Assembly: GCF_006345805.1 (NCBI RefSeq)
Contig: NC_043006.1
Coordinates: 15,748,001-15,812,000 of the forward strand
Source: Octopus sinensis
Taxonomy: Eukaryota
Length of the DNA: 64,000 bases
Direction: 5' to 3'
The translations under genes and the position numbers were made by a program. The notes under the pieces are model-generated. The model was given only the letters and a program-made list of their open reading frames with translations, ran no database searches and was not told the DNA's origin. This document shows positions 27,042 through 39,996 of the stretch, in pieces; the first letter of the stretch is position 1, and every line of letters begins with the position of its first letter.

Positions 27042-27330
27042 ATGTGTGCGTGTGTGTGCGTATGCGTGTGTGTGTGTTCGTGCATTTCTATTGATGCAGT
27101 CGTAAGGGCACAAGCATCACATACAGCAAACTCTTAGACATAGAAGAGACCATCTCTACACTACTGACACTTTATTTATCAATTTCGAATGGTCGAGAAG
27201 CATATTTACTCGCGATAGCATTTCAATACAATGCGCACAAGCCAGGAATGGTTTTCGCGTAGCAGAATCTTTGAGGCACAAACTATTCTACCAGATCGCT
27301 AACGCCATAAATACACGTATACACACATAC

Positions 27331-27361
<31 letters not shown>

Positions 27362-27847
27362 GACACGAACACACAGACGGACACACACACAGACACGAAC
27401 ACACACACGGACACACACACATACACGTCTATATATTTGTATGCATGTATGTATGCATTTATGTATATATGTGTCTATCCATGAGTATATGCGTGAATGT
27501 GTACGGATGTGTCTATGTGTATGTGTGTGCAAGCCATATTGCCTTATTTCTAAAGTTCTTTTTGTATACAAATACTGTAAAATAAGATCTCGCGTTAATT
27601 TTCTCTCGTTATCTTTTTCCTTCGAAAAAAGTCAGCATTACAATATTGAATTAAAATTCAAGAATGATCACGATATGAATCTTTGATTATCAACACGCAT
27701 TTTTTTAACGTTTGCGTGCGTGTGTATATGTATGGGAGGGGGAAGAAACAGACAGACAGAGACAGATGGACATACATAATTATATGCATCCATACAAAGA
27801 ATACAAACACACACACACACACACATACACACACACACACAAATATA

Positions 27848-28120
27848 TAATACAGTTCTATATTTAAGAGATGAGGAATTATGTACATTATTTACATTTG
27901 ACGGATATTTCTCCTCATCTTGTTTCGGCTGATAACCCTCCAGCCTTCATCAGGTGTCTTGGGGAAATTTCTCATTCCAATGGTATTTTTCGATGTTATT
28001 GCTATTATTGTTATTATTATTACCATTATTATTATTATTATTATTCAGGTCGCTGCGTGGAATCGAATTCAGGATCTTTGGGTTAGTAGCCCGCGCTCTT
28101 AACTACTACGCCATATGCCC
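27848..28120 (-). mobile_element. Composite element: tRNA-like head + (AAT)n + hammerhead-core tail
   Basis: Head 28120-28046 with A/B boxes; AAT tract; GACAC-CTGATGA-A-GGCTG...CAGCC-GAAAC at 27922-27958; partial copies at 47333-47491 and 59565-59692. Confidence 0.8.
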
Positions 28121-28149
28121 GTCGGAAATTATGGAGTGAACTTTAAGGC

Positions 28150-28620
28150 TTATAAATCTAATATTCTCCTAGCCTTCCTTAGTACCAGTTCCCAAATGCT
28201 ACACATCTCTGCACTCGTCTGCTTAGGAGGTTGTGTCCTAGCATATGTGCTGCTTCTTTTAGTTTTCGTATTTCCCAGTGGTGTTCACTGTCTATTATTT
28301 TAACTTCATCCCACAGAGTGAGGGGGGGGTCTCCATTTTTCCATACATTTTCAGCTATACCCGATTTATCAATATCTCCCCGTGTCACAGCTTTGCGATG
28401 TTTCTCTACCCTTATTTTGAGGGGCGGCATGTTTCGCCTTTGTATAACCTATCACAGCTGCGTAGGATGGAGTACACGCAGTCTTTTGTCATATTCTTTT
28501 CTAAAAGTTTTACTCGAAGCAGTCTCTCGCTTCTTACAGTCTCTCGCTTCTTACAACGTTTGTAGACGAAAGATCTGGCAACTTTTAAAAATTGAAGTAT
28601 TTCTAAATAGCTATACTCAG
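28150..28620 (-). mobile_element. Penelope-like GIY-YIG endonuclease remnant
   Basis: KDCVYSI...YKGET.R.LKIRVEKHRKA...KSGIAE.VW...WDEVKIID...RKLKEAAH; frameshifted; stop at 28150-28152. Confidence 0.85.
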
Positions 28621-28949
28621 CCTAACAGCATGCCCCTTCATTTCTTGAAATAAATTGAGGATCTGCCATTATTATTTTCGGAAACAAAAATTAAACAGAG
28701 TTAGCAAACATGCAGCAATGACCCAAAAAAGATATGTCCTAAAATACCTTACGCAACCTGTATTTACTTATAATTCTATTAAACTATAGAAACTTTATCA
28801 TAAGAAAAGAGATGGCAAAGGAATGCGATGAACACATAATTCAATGCCTGGATAACATGCTGCATTTTCATCAGAACCTCTGGTTGAGACTCTGATGCAA
28901 CTGCAGCGTGTTTCTCAGGCACTTAGTTATGTGTCCACTGCACCTTATA

Positions 28950-29690
28950 GTGAAAACATCTGTAAGCTAGCGAAGTTCATATGATAATCGACTATGGGGA
29001 CGAATTTTGCCGACACCTTTCACACGGATAAATATTCCGTTAAGATGGAATGCATTGATTCTGAGCTTATTCTCAATTTGTAAACCATTTCTTTGATTGC
29101 TATACGACAACCTTCATTGACTATTTGCCAAACCTCTATTTCATTAAATTGGCTATGAAAGTCGTATACGGATGGAGAATCTACGGGCTGGACAAATACA
29201 TTAATGAGATGAGATGAATGAGGAACAGGATAATATTAATGAGAGAAGGCAAAAGACCCCGCCGATCTTTGCTCCTCTAAAACATTGTTCTTTTGCCAAA
29301 CCTTCTCAATAGCCTTCTTGTTCCGGCTTGCGTGCTTCCCTCTCCACTTGCCTTAGCATGCCTTCCTCTTCACCGCTGAAGTGAGGCTATATTTGAAGCG
29401 GTTGTACCACATCTTTATGTAATTTTTGCCTACGGCATCATTGCCAAGCGTCTAAAGAATGTTCTGGGGCATTTGAGCTTGAATATCAATAAGCCTGTGG
29501 AAATATTTGATGGAATATCTCTGCTCAATGCGTTCTGCGAAAACGAAACTCTGACGAGCGTGCGCTTCATGTGTCTGTACTGTAAGCGTAACGGCCGGCA
29601 AGGAATGCCAGCGCGAAAGTTTCATATATGCGCAGAAAGGATTGAGTTACCGCTTACGCAAAGGATTTTACCAACACACCATTAGTTTTT
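28950..29690 (-). mobile_element. Decayed mariner transposase N-terminal fragment
   Basis: IEQRYSIKY, KMWYNRFK, SMHSILTEYL...VSAKFVP motifs. Confidence 0.7.
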
Positions 29691-29785
29691 TGGGGAAAAT
29701 AAAGTCAGTATATATATGCGAGTGCTTGTATGTGTATATAACTGTACATTTATATAAATATATATGTGTATATATATATATATAC

Positions 29786-29860
<75 letters not shown>

Positions 29861-30493
29861 ATATTAGTGTGTATATGTATGTATGTTTGCTGCGAGCGTG
29901 AGCGCGTGTATGTGGGTATATATATATATTCCGGGGATTAAGGTTTAATAGAGATATGTATGTGTGTTTAGAACGCCAACTTTTGTTCTTGCACCGAAAG
30001 ATTTCGAAAGCGTTGTCTTCAGCCAACTGTGCAAAACCCTTTGTGATGAGAAAACAATCGGATATGCTTACACACAATTATATCAAACTTTAGAAGCTTT
30101 ATCACAGGCATGCATTGACTATTTCCTGCTTTTTGCATGAACACACAAACCACGAAATACTGCGATGAGATTTGCTTATTTTGTACCTGTGAAGCATTTT
30201 TCTGATGCAGATGTGATTAAATCTGTTAACGCAAATATACTTGTTGACTTGAGTTCTCTTTCGTTTGTGTTGTACAATAAGCTGTTACTGCGCCTGTGTG
30301 GATGCATACGTACACACACAAACGTGCGCGCACAGACACGTACACATACAAATATACATACATGTGTAGTACGTACAAATATACAACTTATGTATGTATG
30401 TATGTACATATGTAACTATATGTAAATTTTATATCTGTTTGTACACGTAATTTTGTGGACGATATGGTATATTGATCTATTCCAAATGTGTCA

Positions 30494-30501
30494 GAGAGTA
30501 T

Positions 30502-30534
<33 letters not shown>

Positions 30535-30546
30535 CATATATATACA

Positions 30547-30582
<36 letters not shown>

Positions 30583-30583
30583 C

Positions 30584-30670
<87 letters not shown>

Positions 30671-30683
30671 TACACACACACAC

Positions 30684-30721
<38 letters not shown>

Positions 30722-30747
30722 GTGTGTGTGTGTATATATGTATATAT
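30494..30747. repeat. CA/TA microsatellite
   Basis: Direct reading. Confidence 0.95.
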
Positions 30748-31287
30748 CAATAAGTTTCAATCTATGTTTGCTGATATTTTGCTTCTTACTAAATTTATTA
30801 TTTACTATCAAAAGGCTGAGCGATCAATACTACAGTTAGTACAGATGTTTTAGACGGGAAGGAAGAATGTATTTTTGTATTTTTTCGCAAATTCAGTCCA
30901 AACAAGGTTCAATAAAATATACATTTTTTTAAAGACGTCAGCACCTGACATTATCAGTTAATACCTAAGTTCTTTCGAATTATTTCTTTTATCTCAGCGA
31001 TTGCTTATTATTATTCTGCTGAAAACACAAGACATTTCTCTATCATATGTATAGCTCATTCAGAACATTCAACAGAGATTTGAGTTCAGTTTGATTTATG
31101 CTGTTCTACACCATTTTAACTGCTAATAATCGTTTCAAAAATGAAATAAAATACAACATATTCCTGATTTTTTGTTCCTGTAAATCATGAGTTGTGCAAA
31201 AGACTTCTACTTAAAAGAGAAAATATGTAATATTTACTAGAATCTCAATACATTGTATATGTAGTATCATTATTTTTATGCGGCTTT

Positions 31288-31750
31288 AAGGCAGCGAGCT
31301 GGTGGAATCTTTAAAGCATCGGACTAATATGCCAAGTGGACTTTCTTCTGAATCATTACGTTCTGAGTTCAAATTCCGCAAAGTCGACTTTAATATTTCA
31401 TCATTTCGGGGTTGATAAACTATACATCAGTTGATTTCCTTGACCCTAGTCAATCTAATCAACTATAAACATAGTGACTAAAATCACTCTCATTGTACGA
31501 AAGTCTTAAATAATTGAATTTATGCTGCTATAAGACGGCGAGCTGTCAGAATCACTAGAGCATCGGAAAAATGCATTACAGTATTTTGTTGCGGCTCTTT
31601 ATATTCTGAGATCGACTCACCGGGGCCAACTTTGCTTTTCAGCCCTCCGTGATCGTCAAAAATAGGTATTACTCAAGTACTAGGGACGTTGGTATTGACT
31701 AATTTCCTACCTCAAAATTTCTGCCTTTGTGCCTCAATAAGAAAACGTTA
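31288..31750 (+). mobile_element. Two old diverged SINE-B copies in tandem
   Basis: Heads AAGGCAGCGAGCTGG (31288) and AAGACGGCGAGCTG (31532). Confidence 0.7.
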
Positions 31751-31926
31751 TATCTTTTTGCAGTCTTAAACTAAGCCATTTTATATTCTCGGATTTTAAA
31801 TCCTATTTAAGTCGTGTTTATCTTTTATTTTTACCATGACAGATTTTGTATGAACTAGTTAGATACCTGAACGAAGTAATCGATCGTAACACCTGATGAA
31901 TTTTATGATGATATTCGAAATCAATG

Positions 31927-32322
31927 AGGCGGCAAGCTGGCAGAATCGTTAGCACGCCGGGCGAAATGCTTAGCGGTATTTCGGCTGCGTTACGTTGTGA
32001 GTTCAAATTCCGCCGAGGTCAACTTTGCCTTTCATCCTTTCGGGGTCGATAAATTAAGTACCAGTTACGCACTGGGGTCGATGTAATCGACTTAATACCT
32101 ATCTCTGTCCTTGTTTGTCCCCTCTATGTTTAGCCCCTTGTGGGTAATAAAGAAATAAGAATCGTTAGCACGCCGGATAAAGTGCTTAGCGGCATTTCGT
32201 CTGTCTTTACGTTCTCAGTTCAAACTGAGGTCGACTTTCCCTTTCATCTTTTCGGAGTCGATAAAATAAGAACCGGTTGAGGACTGTAATCGGCTTACTT
32301 TTGTGCCAAAATTTAAAACCAA
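31927..32322 (+). mobile_element. SINE-B dimer (young tail unit + old tail unit)
   Basis: Junction AAAGAAATA|AGAATCG at ~32158, same register as the 20150 junction. Confidence 0.88.
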
Positions 32323-32359
32323 TATTCAATGGGCCCCGGTTGAGAACCACTTGTTAAGA

Positions 32360-32475
32360 TGAATAAATGTACCCAGTATTTATTCTTTTTAAATCTAGTA
32401 CTTACAGTGAAGTTACATGTGTGTGAACACACCAACACATACCTACACACACAAACACACAAACACACACACATG

Positions 32476-32506
<31 letters not shown>

Positions 32507-32830
32507 CTATATATGATTAGAAATATTGCATTTCTAAATCTCCCAGAGAGACTTATACAATAGCAGCACGATAAAGTGATGGCGTGTTGCCAACTTAATG
32601 TGGCAGTCTCAGGAAAGGGAAGAATGCTACCGCCACCCAACCCCAGGAAACACCGTTTCCAGTCATATATATACGATGGTCTTCTATTTTTCCGTCTACC
32701 GAACACGCACACAAGGCATTGGTCAACCTAGAGCCAATGAGGGGATGCCACCCCAAAAGGATGCACAGTGAGACTGAACCAGGAACCAAGGGGTGGAAAA
32801 GGGAACTCTTTAAACATAGAGAAGCCCCTG
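32360..32830 (-). mobile_element. Old SINE-A-related copy
   Basis: Diverged match to GGTAGACGGAAA..AGAAG and GGTTCAGTC segments, with internal microsatellite. Confidence 0.55.
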
Positions 32831-32887
32831 CGTGTGTGACGTTATTGACATCTGCCGAATATATACTGTATACCTATCTATCTATCT

Positions 32888-33140
32888 GTGGTGGCGTGTG
32901 GCTAAGTGGTTAGGGTGTCAGCATCATGATCATAAGATTGTGGTATCGATTCCTGGACCGGGCGACGCGTTGTGTTCTTGAGCAAAACACTTCATTTCAC
33001 GTTGCTCCAGTCCACTCAGCTGCCAAAAATGAATAACGCTGCGATGAACTGGCGTCCCGTCCAGCTGGGGAACACATACGCCATTGAAACCGGGAAACCG
33101 GGCCCATGAGCCTGGCTAGGCTTTAAAAGGGCGCATTTAT
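32888..33140 (+). mobile_element. SINE group C (CORE-like centre, tail T2)
   Basis: TGGCTAAGTGG A-box; tail GAAACCGGGCCCATGAGCCTGGCTAGGC. Confidence 0.88.
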
Positions 33141-33611
33141 TTATCTATTTTATCTATCTATATATATATATGTGTGTGTGTGTGTGCACGTGTGAGTGTA
33201 TGTGTCTGTGTGCATGTATGTGTGTGTGTGTGGATATATTTTAATGAAATATGTCAAATGTTTAAACAGTAACTTCGAAAAAGTTCTACTTTCCAACCTA
33301 AATATATCCTACATTCTACTTTCGCAAGTACAGTCTCTGGCACGGAGAAAATAATGTGCAAAATTAATCAATGTTTTTCTCTTAGGTTTGTACTTTATAT
33401 GATCAAACGAATTGAATTGTTCTATAATCCGTTACTGCCTTAGAGCATTACAAAATCTTTTGATTATATAGACGTATGGACTGCTCTTAATGTTTTTGTT
33501 AGAAATCAGCTTCCATTCAATCCAATTCATCAATTTAACCCATCTTATGAAAAATAATGCGAATTTTAAGAAATTTGCCATAAGCCACTCCTGTTTTGTA
33601 AAGAAACTTAC

Positions 33612-33637
33612 AATGGTTTGTTGTATTTCGTCAATAC
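33612..33637 (-). CDS. Candidate 26-nt micro-exon (GIDEIQQTI)
   Basis: tacag acceptor and gtaagt donor. Confidence 0.2.
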
Positions 33638-34392
33638 CTGTATTGCCAAAACAGATCCTACTTTACTCGTGTGATAGAGAAAACATTAATTCGTGTTGCC
33701 TGAGACGCATGAAAATGTATGCTTGGAAATAATCTATAAATTCATTTCAGAAACAACATATAGATGTATTTAAAGAACTTTAGCTCAATAAACTAATCGA
33801 TTTTTCACCGATCGGCTGATCAAAGAAATTTATGCCTCAAAGTAATGCAGTAACTGCTTCAGATTGGATTTACAGTAACAACCGAATAATATCGGCAATT
33901 TAAATATAAATATAACCTAGTTTCTAAAATATATTAAGGTCCATTCAATGTAAGACAAAATCTGTAGACACTATCCTTCATTATAATCACGAAATTGTTC
34001 ACACATCAACAAATACTTAAAGACACAAGACCATTTTCCTACTCGTGTTTTATGCATAGAAAACAAATGTGCAAGCTAATGTAACCAAAGTGGTGGAATA
34101 ATCAATTAAATTTATAAAAATTCCCAGGAAAAAAAAACAAGTGTTGTAGGAGTTATTTTCTCAAAAGATAAACGGGAGAAAACATTTGAAATTTCATTAA
34201 ACTAAAAATTAAATGGAGGAACATAAGATGATAAGTATGATCTTTAGTAATTATGGTACCAATTCCGGACACATTTCCGTATCATTTGGCTTTCTCTATG
34301 GAGCATATTTCACTTGAGATTTACAGGTTGTAACTTTAATTGATACAAAATTATTTCCTGCGCACCACCTTAAGTATATTAGCCTGCATGCA

Positions 34393-34611
34393 GGCAGAAG
34401 CGTTAACACGCCGGGTGAAATGGGTAGCCGTATTTCGTCTGCCGTTACGTTGTGAGTTCAAATTCCGCCGAGGTCGACTTTGCCTTTCATCCTTTCGGGG
34501 TCGATAAATTAAGTACCAGTTACGCACTGGAGTCGATGTAATCGACTTAATCCGTTCGTCTCTCCTTGTTTGTCTCCTCTATGTTTAGTCCCTTGTGGGC
34601 AATAAAGAAAT
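34393..34611 (+). mobile_element. SINE-B
   Basis: Matches 19917-20147 except the first ~10 nt. Confidence 0.9.
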
Positions 34612-35300
34612 ATATATAAATGATGTTTAAGAAATCTTCTTGGAAATATATTCTGGACTTTCAAAATCAAACCAAAAAGAACATCATCTGAGGGGAAATA
34701 GTTCATAGCAGCAAAACAGTTGAATATTGCTTCAAATATCCTCTAGGTTTACTCAGGTGCGATAGGACAGGACATACCAGTTTAAAAGCGTTTGTTCTTA
34801 GCGATACATTGAAACATAAATGAGTAGAGGATTCAGATAAGCTATGCTACACTTAATGATGTGAAATGAATTCAAAATTAAATACCAATATCACTACTGG
34901 CTGTGGGGTTAAAATGTCTACACACACACACACACACACTACACACTACCGAATAGCAATCTTGTATCCTATTAAACGAGGTGTTATGGTTAGAACACCG
35001 AATACGGCAATATTCACCTTAAGAAGTCCTCTCATATAGCCGTATGGTTCTAAGAACACAGAAATATCGTAGCAAATGATATGGTATGGGTGACAGAGCT
35101 GACAAATCTCGTGATTTCAGCGTACTGCACTTCCTCGGTGGTAGGCGGTCGGCGCCCATCCCAGACGATTCCTGTTTGCTACGATATATGTTTGTTTTCT
35201 TGGCATCAATCGTCTACATTAGACCGCCTCTTCAGGCGAATACCGCAGTATTTGGCATCAAATAATATATACACTTTTATTACGATATAAAGATTGCCCG

Positions 35301-35334
<34 letters not shown>

Positions 35335-35806
35335 AGTTGTCTGTCTCTCTCTTTCTCATTCACTCTTGTTTTCCCTCTCCCTCTCTCTTTCTACGCATAT
35401 ATATGCATATTTATACACACACAGATACGTACACATGCGCACGCATACATACTCACACACGTACCGCACTCATAACAGATACACATATATACACACATGC
35501 ACACATACACACACACACAAATTTTTAATCTTTTACAAAGAAATGACAGTGACTTCAAATTTACTCACCTTCGTCGGTGAGGGTGCATGAGTATATACAT
35601 ATAGACACATGTACGTGGATGTGCGGGCGCGCGTGTCTATGTATGGATATGCGCGCTTACGCGATTGCTACGAACATTTTTACTCCCTTACCTTTACTCC
35701 CCTTACTTAGCGGTCATTCAAATAGCTCTTCTGTTTTAATAACGGTCAATCATACAGTAATTTCCCTTTGTTTAACGGTCATTTTCATAGCATTCTTTGA
35801 TGGCCA

Positions 35807-35867
35807 GATAACTGAAGAGATGCCGGCGTGGGTTTCCACCCCGACATCCGAAACTCGGAGTTTTATC
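35807..35867 (+). ncRNA. Type I hammerhead ribozyme motif with long stem II
   Basis: GATAA-CTGAAGA-[13-position hairpin, 2 mismatches]-C-GAAACTCGGAGTT^TTATC. Confidence 0.65.
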
Positions 35868-36059
35868 ATGGCTACCGAATAATTGCCACATATATTTGCA
35901 GATAGATTCCTTTATTTACATTATATCGAGGTCTCTTCATTTCTTTTGTTGTCTTACCATTTCTATCAATATATTTATATATATGTATGTATATTTGTCC
36001 GTGTGTGTGTATGTGTGTACACGGTTGGAAATGCATCTATTTCATAGATCATACATAGC

Positions 36060-36643
36060 TTAGAGATAACAGAAGTGTAGCACAATTTTGAATATATCAT
36101 TTTCCAGCCATTGTTTGTATTTCTGACGAACATTTGATAGCAACCGTAAGGAAAGAATCTGAAACTAAAAATACTCCAATACTTTATGTTAGACATAAAC
36201 GTTCAGATAATACCACTTAAATTATGAAATGCTCGAATTGGCTCACCATTAACTTTGTTACGTCGCTAAACAGTTCGTTGCTAAGAAATAGAATTGTGTC
36301 ATCTGGCAAACAGAATTTTCTCTCCTGGATCACTCTCCTCAAGGCATCAATAGCTGCACCAGATATCTCACGAATATTGGAAAATATCAACTTCATTGCA
36401 GTGACTGGTGACTGTGGCGCATGACTATGCATCATAAGAATTTCGCATAAACTTCAATTAATGTCGAAGCGATCTTAGCAATTGCCTTCAGCTCAACGCC
36501 AAGACTATTTTTCATTTTCGAATTATCCATCGAAAGGATATCAAAATCTATTTAATAAAATGTGCTCTCGACTTTTCGCTGATAAGCTCTCCTCCTGGGT
36601 GTTAATTTATTTAGATTTACCTTTTCATAATCTTCTTCTACGA
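36060..36643 (-). pseudogene. Candidate spliced coding remnant (two exons, 88-nt intron), disrupted upstream
   Basis: Intron 36159-36246 (ATG|gtgagc...tttcag|) joins ...SDVTKLM to ILSLRLLSNVRQKYKQWLEND... in frame; upstream TAA (36552-36554) and ATGA overlap (36432-36435); no homology recognised. Confidence 0.35.
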
Positions 36644-36754
36644 CTGTTAAACTCCGAAAATCGTTGGCAATGAAAATGAAGTTCAGCAATTTTGAATGAA
36701 CGTCAAAGAAAATAGATAAAATTAATGCCATCTTACGTTTAATGATACTTAAAT

Positions 36755-36827
36755 TTATATATATATATATATATAATATACATACATATATATATATATA
36801 TATATAGATATATATATATTATATATA

Positions 36828-36919
<92 letters not shown>

Positions 36920-37203
36920 CATATATTATATATATGTATATATTAGACATACATACATATATATATTATATATATATATATTTATATACATATATATATA
37001 TATGTAATATATACATACATATATATATATATATACATATATCTATATATACTATATATATGTATATATATACATACATATATATATATACCATATATAT
37101 GTATAATATATATCATACATATAATATATATATACATATATATATGTATATATATACATATATATATAATGTATACATACTACTATATATATATATATAT
37201 TTA

Positions 37204-37240
<37 letters not shown>
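36755..37240. repeat. Degenerate TA-rich microsatellite
   Basis: Direct reading. Confidence 0.95.
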
Positions 37241-37530
37241 ATGCGCGCGCGCATGTTTTCTATTATGATATTCATGTACGTATATAGGTAATTATATATG
37301 TATGTTTACGTACATACGCAGATACGTATGTATGTGTGTATGTACGTATGTGTGCGTGCGTGTGTGTTTGTATGGGGGGGGGGTATGTGTGTATGTGTGC
37401 GCGCTTCATATTGTCGGCGCTAAATGCAATGCTTTGAACTGTCGAGTCATGAAATATTTATGTTGACCTTTCGCGGCATAAAATTCACCTCATGAAATGC
37501 AAGTTTGCAAAAGTATTCTGTATATATATG

Positions 37531-37569
<39 letters not shown>

Positions 37570-37578
37570 ATATAAAGT

Positions 37579-37634
<56 letters not shown>

Positions 37635-38036
37635 ATTCTGTATATATATATATATAATATATATATATTATATATATATATAAGTATTCTGTTATATATA
37701 TATAATATATTATATATATATATATGCATATAGGAAATATTATATGGTTAATGGGAAATAATTATTTTAAGTATTGCGGCTTCATTGCTTGCTGTCTCGT
37801 TTTTTGCTGCTATGGTGATGAAGAACTGAAGAAATATATTAGACCGCTTTCATGTTGTTATAGTAATAAAAAAATATTGGTTTTAAATTTTGGCGCCCCC
37901 AACAGTCTTGGGGAAGCGAGTAAGTCGATTACATCGAACCCGGTGTTCAACTGGTACTTATATTATCAACTCTGAAAGGATAAACTCAGAACATAAAGAC
38001 GAACGAAATCCTTAGTTGGGCGTTCTAACGATTCTT

Positions 38037-38225
38037 ATTTCTTTATTGTCCACAAGGGGCTAAACACAGAGAGGACAAACAAGGACAGACAAACGGATTA
38101 AGTCGATTAAATCGACCCTAGTGCGTAACTGGTACTTATTTAATCGACCCCGAAAGGATGAAAGGCAAAGTGGACCTCGGCGGAATTTGGACTCAGAACG
38201 TAACGGGAGACGAAATAACGGCTAA
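38037..38225 (-). mobile_element. SINE-B, 5'-truncated
   Basis: Reverse complement of SINE-B body and tail. Confidence 0.88.
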
Positions 38226-38339
38226 ATTATAGGGACGTAAAGACAACAAAACCAATTGTCAAGTAGTGGTAGACAGACACAAACATACGAATACACGCAC
38301 TCACATACACATACATGCGCACACATACACTCACATGTA

Positions 38340-39494
38340 TACGGGGGTCGGCTGAAAAGTTCACACTACTCTCATTGGATATGAACAAATGAGGTTTGTT
38401 TTTCAACATGGTCCTCCCTGCAGTACACACACCCCTATCATTGGAGGTTGTAGTGCTTCGACCCCACTCGTAAAGAAGTTTCATCTTCGTCAAAAGAGTC
38501 ATCAACAGATTGATGTTATCTTCAATGTGTGGAGGCGCAATGGCCCAGTGGTTAGGGCAGCGGACTCGCGGTCGTAGGATCACGGTTTCGATTCCCAGAC
38601 CGGGCGTTGTGAGTGTTTATTGAGCGAAAACACCTAAAGCTCCACGAGGCTTCGGCAGGGGATGGTGGTGATCCCTGCTGTACTCTTTCACCACAACTTT
38701 CTCTCACTCTTACTTCCTGTTTCTGTTGTACCTATATTTCAAGGGGCCGGCCTTGTCACTCTCTGTGTCACGCTGAATATCCTCGAGAACTACGTTAAGG
38801 GTACACGTGTCTGTGGAATGCTCAGCCACTTACACGTTAATTTCCCAAGCAGGCTGTTCCGTTGATCGGATCAACCGGAACCCTCATCATCGTAACCGAC
38901 GGAGTGCTTCCCCATCTTCACTGCGATACTGGTTTCCAGCCTCGTGATATTTTTCCTGCTAGGAAACTGATAATAGTCCGATGGTACCAATTCAAGTAGG
39001 GTGATGAACCAATGAACCAATTCAATGCTATAGTTATGCACACCAGCCATTGAAACCAAGGACTTGTGTGCTGAAACATTGTCCTGAAGAAACAAGACCC
39101 CTTTTCGACAGTTTTCTTGAGCGTTTGGTGTTGATAGACATTCGTACCCGCCTCAACAACTTAGCATAGTACTCTCTATTGATGGAGATACCTTTTTGAA
39201 GATATTCAGTAAATACAATGCCTTTTGCATCCGAAACAACTGAAGCTATCAGCTTCTCTATAGAGGAAACGACCTTGGCTTTCTTAAGAGCAAATGATGA
39301 AGAATGTTTCAGTTACATGCATTATATGCTTCTAGCATAAAGTGATAAAGCTGACACTCATCCTGTGTAGGAAACGTTCAAGAAAGCAGCTGGTTCTGTC
39401 TCAGACAGTGCCAGATCTTCCCGTAACGTGATCAGCTTGGTCCGCTTTTGATTAGATGTCAGAAGTCTTGACAGCCACCGAGCAGAAACGTTCG

Positions 39495-39497
<3 letters not shown>
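38340..39497 (-). mobile_element. Decayed mariner (irritans-like), interrupted by a SINE
   Basis: TIR TACGGGGGTCGGCTGAAAAGTTC; motifs VSARWLSRLLT, FLTQDEC, LQDNVSAH, PSDY, DHVEK. Confidence 0.85.
38531..38911 (+). mobile_element. SINE group C (alternative centre, tail T1) inserted in the mariner
   Basis: TGGCCCAGTGG A-box, GGTTTCGATTCC B-box; decayed TSD ATCTTCA.TG.G. Confidence 0.88.
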
Positions 39498-39529
<32 letters not shown>

Positions 39530-39653
39530 TAAAAGGAATTCCAACCTTGTCTGATTTTCACGTTTTATTTACAATCTTATAATGATATAAGATAATATAA
39601 TATAACGTAATAAAATAGAATAAAATAAAATAATGTTAAATGTTCATTCTGAT

Positions 39654-39698
39654 TGAACTAGTACTTTCATGCATTAAAATCTGCAATCTTCAGGTTCA
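39654..39698 (-). ncRNA. Minimal hammerhead motif in left palindrome arm
   Basis: TGAAC-CTGAAGA-T-TGCA-GATTTTAA-TGCA-T-GAAAGTACTA^GTTCA; palindromic AGTACT stem III. Confidence 0.65.
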
Positions 39699-39776
39699 TG
39701 TGGTAGTGGTGACAGTCATGCTTCACAATTTTTGACAGTAAAAAATTGTAAAGCATGACTGTCACCACTACTACAC

Positions 39777-39819
39777 GAACCTGAAGATTGCAGAATTTAA
39801 TGCACGAAAGTACTAGTTC
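39777..39819 (+). ncRNA. Minimal hammerhead motif in right palindrome arm
   Basis: GAAC-CTGAAGA-T-TGCA-GAATTTAA-TGCA-C-GAAAGTACTA^GTTC. Confidence 0.65.
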
Positions 39820-39996
39820 AATCAGAATGAACATTTAACATTATTTTATTTTATTTTATTTTATTATATCATATTACCTCATATCATTATAAGATTGTAA
39901 ATAAAACGTGAAAATCAGACAAGTTTGGAATTCCTTTTATTAATATATTCTTCTATACACAATCACACACACCCGTATATATATATATATATGCAA

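Larger units (their letters stand above)
39521..39948. repeat. ~430-bp near-perfect palindrome (centre ~39736)
   Basis: Arms of ~210 bp are reverse complements with few mismatches; loop of ~6 nt. Confidence 0.95.

Noticed and set aside
31888-31926. CTGATGA...GAAATC just before a SINE-B insertion
   Set aside because: Stem II does not pair and no stem I partner is found beyond the SINE
38531-38605. tRNA genes at SINE heads (also 28046-28120, 32888, 25420-25493)
   Set aside because: No proper acceptor stem; they run into SINE bodies, so they are tRNA-derived promoters only
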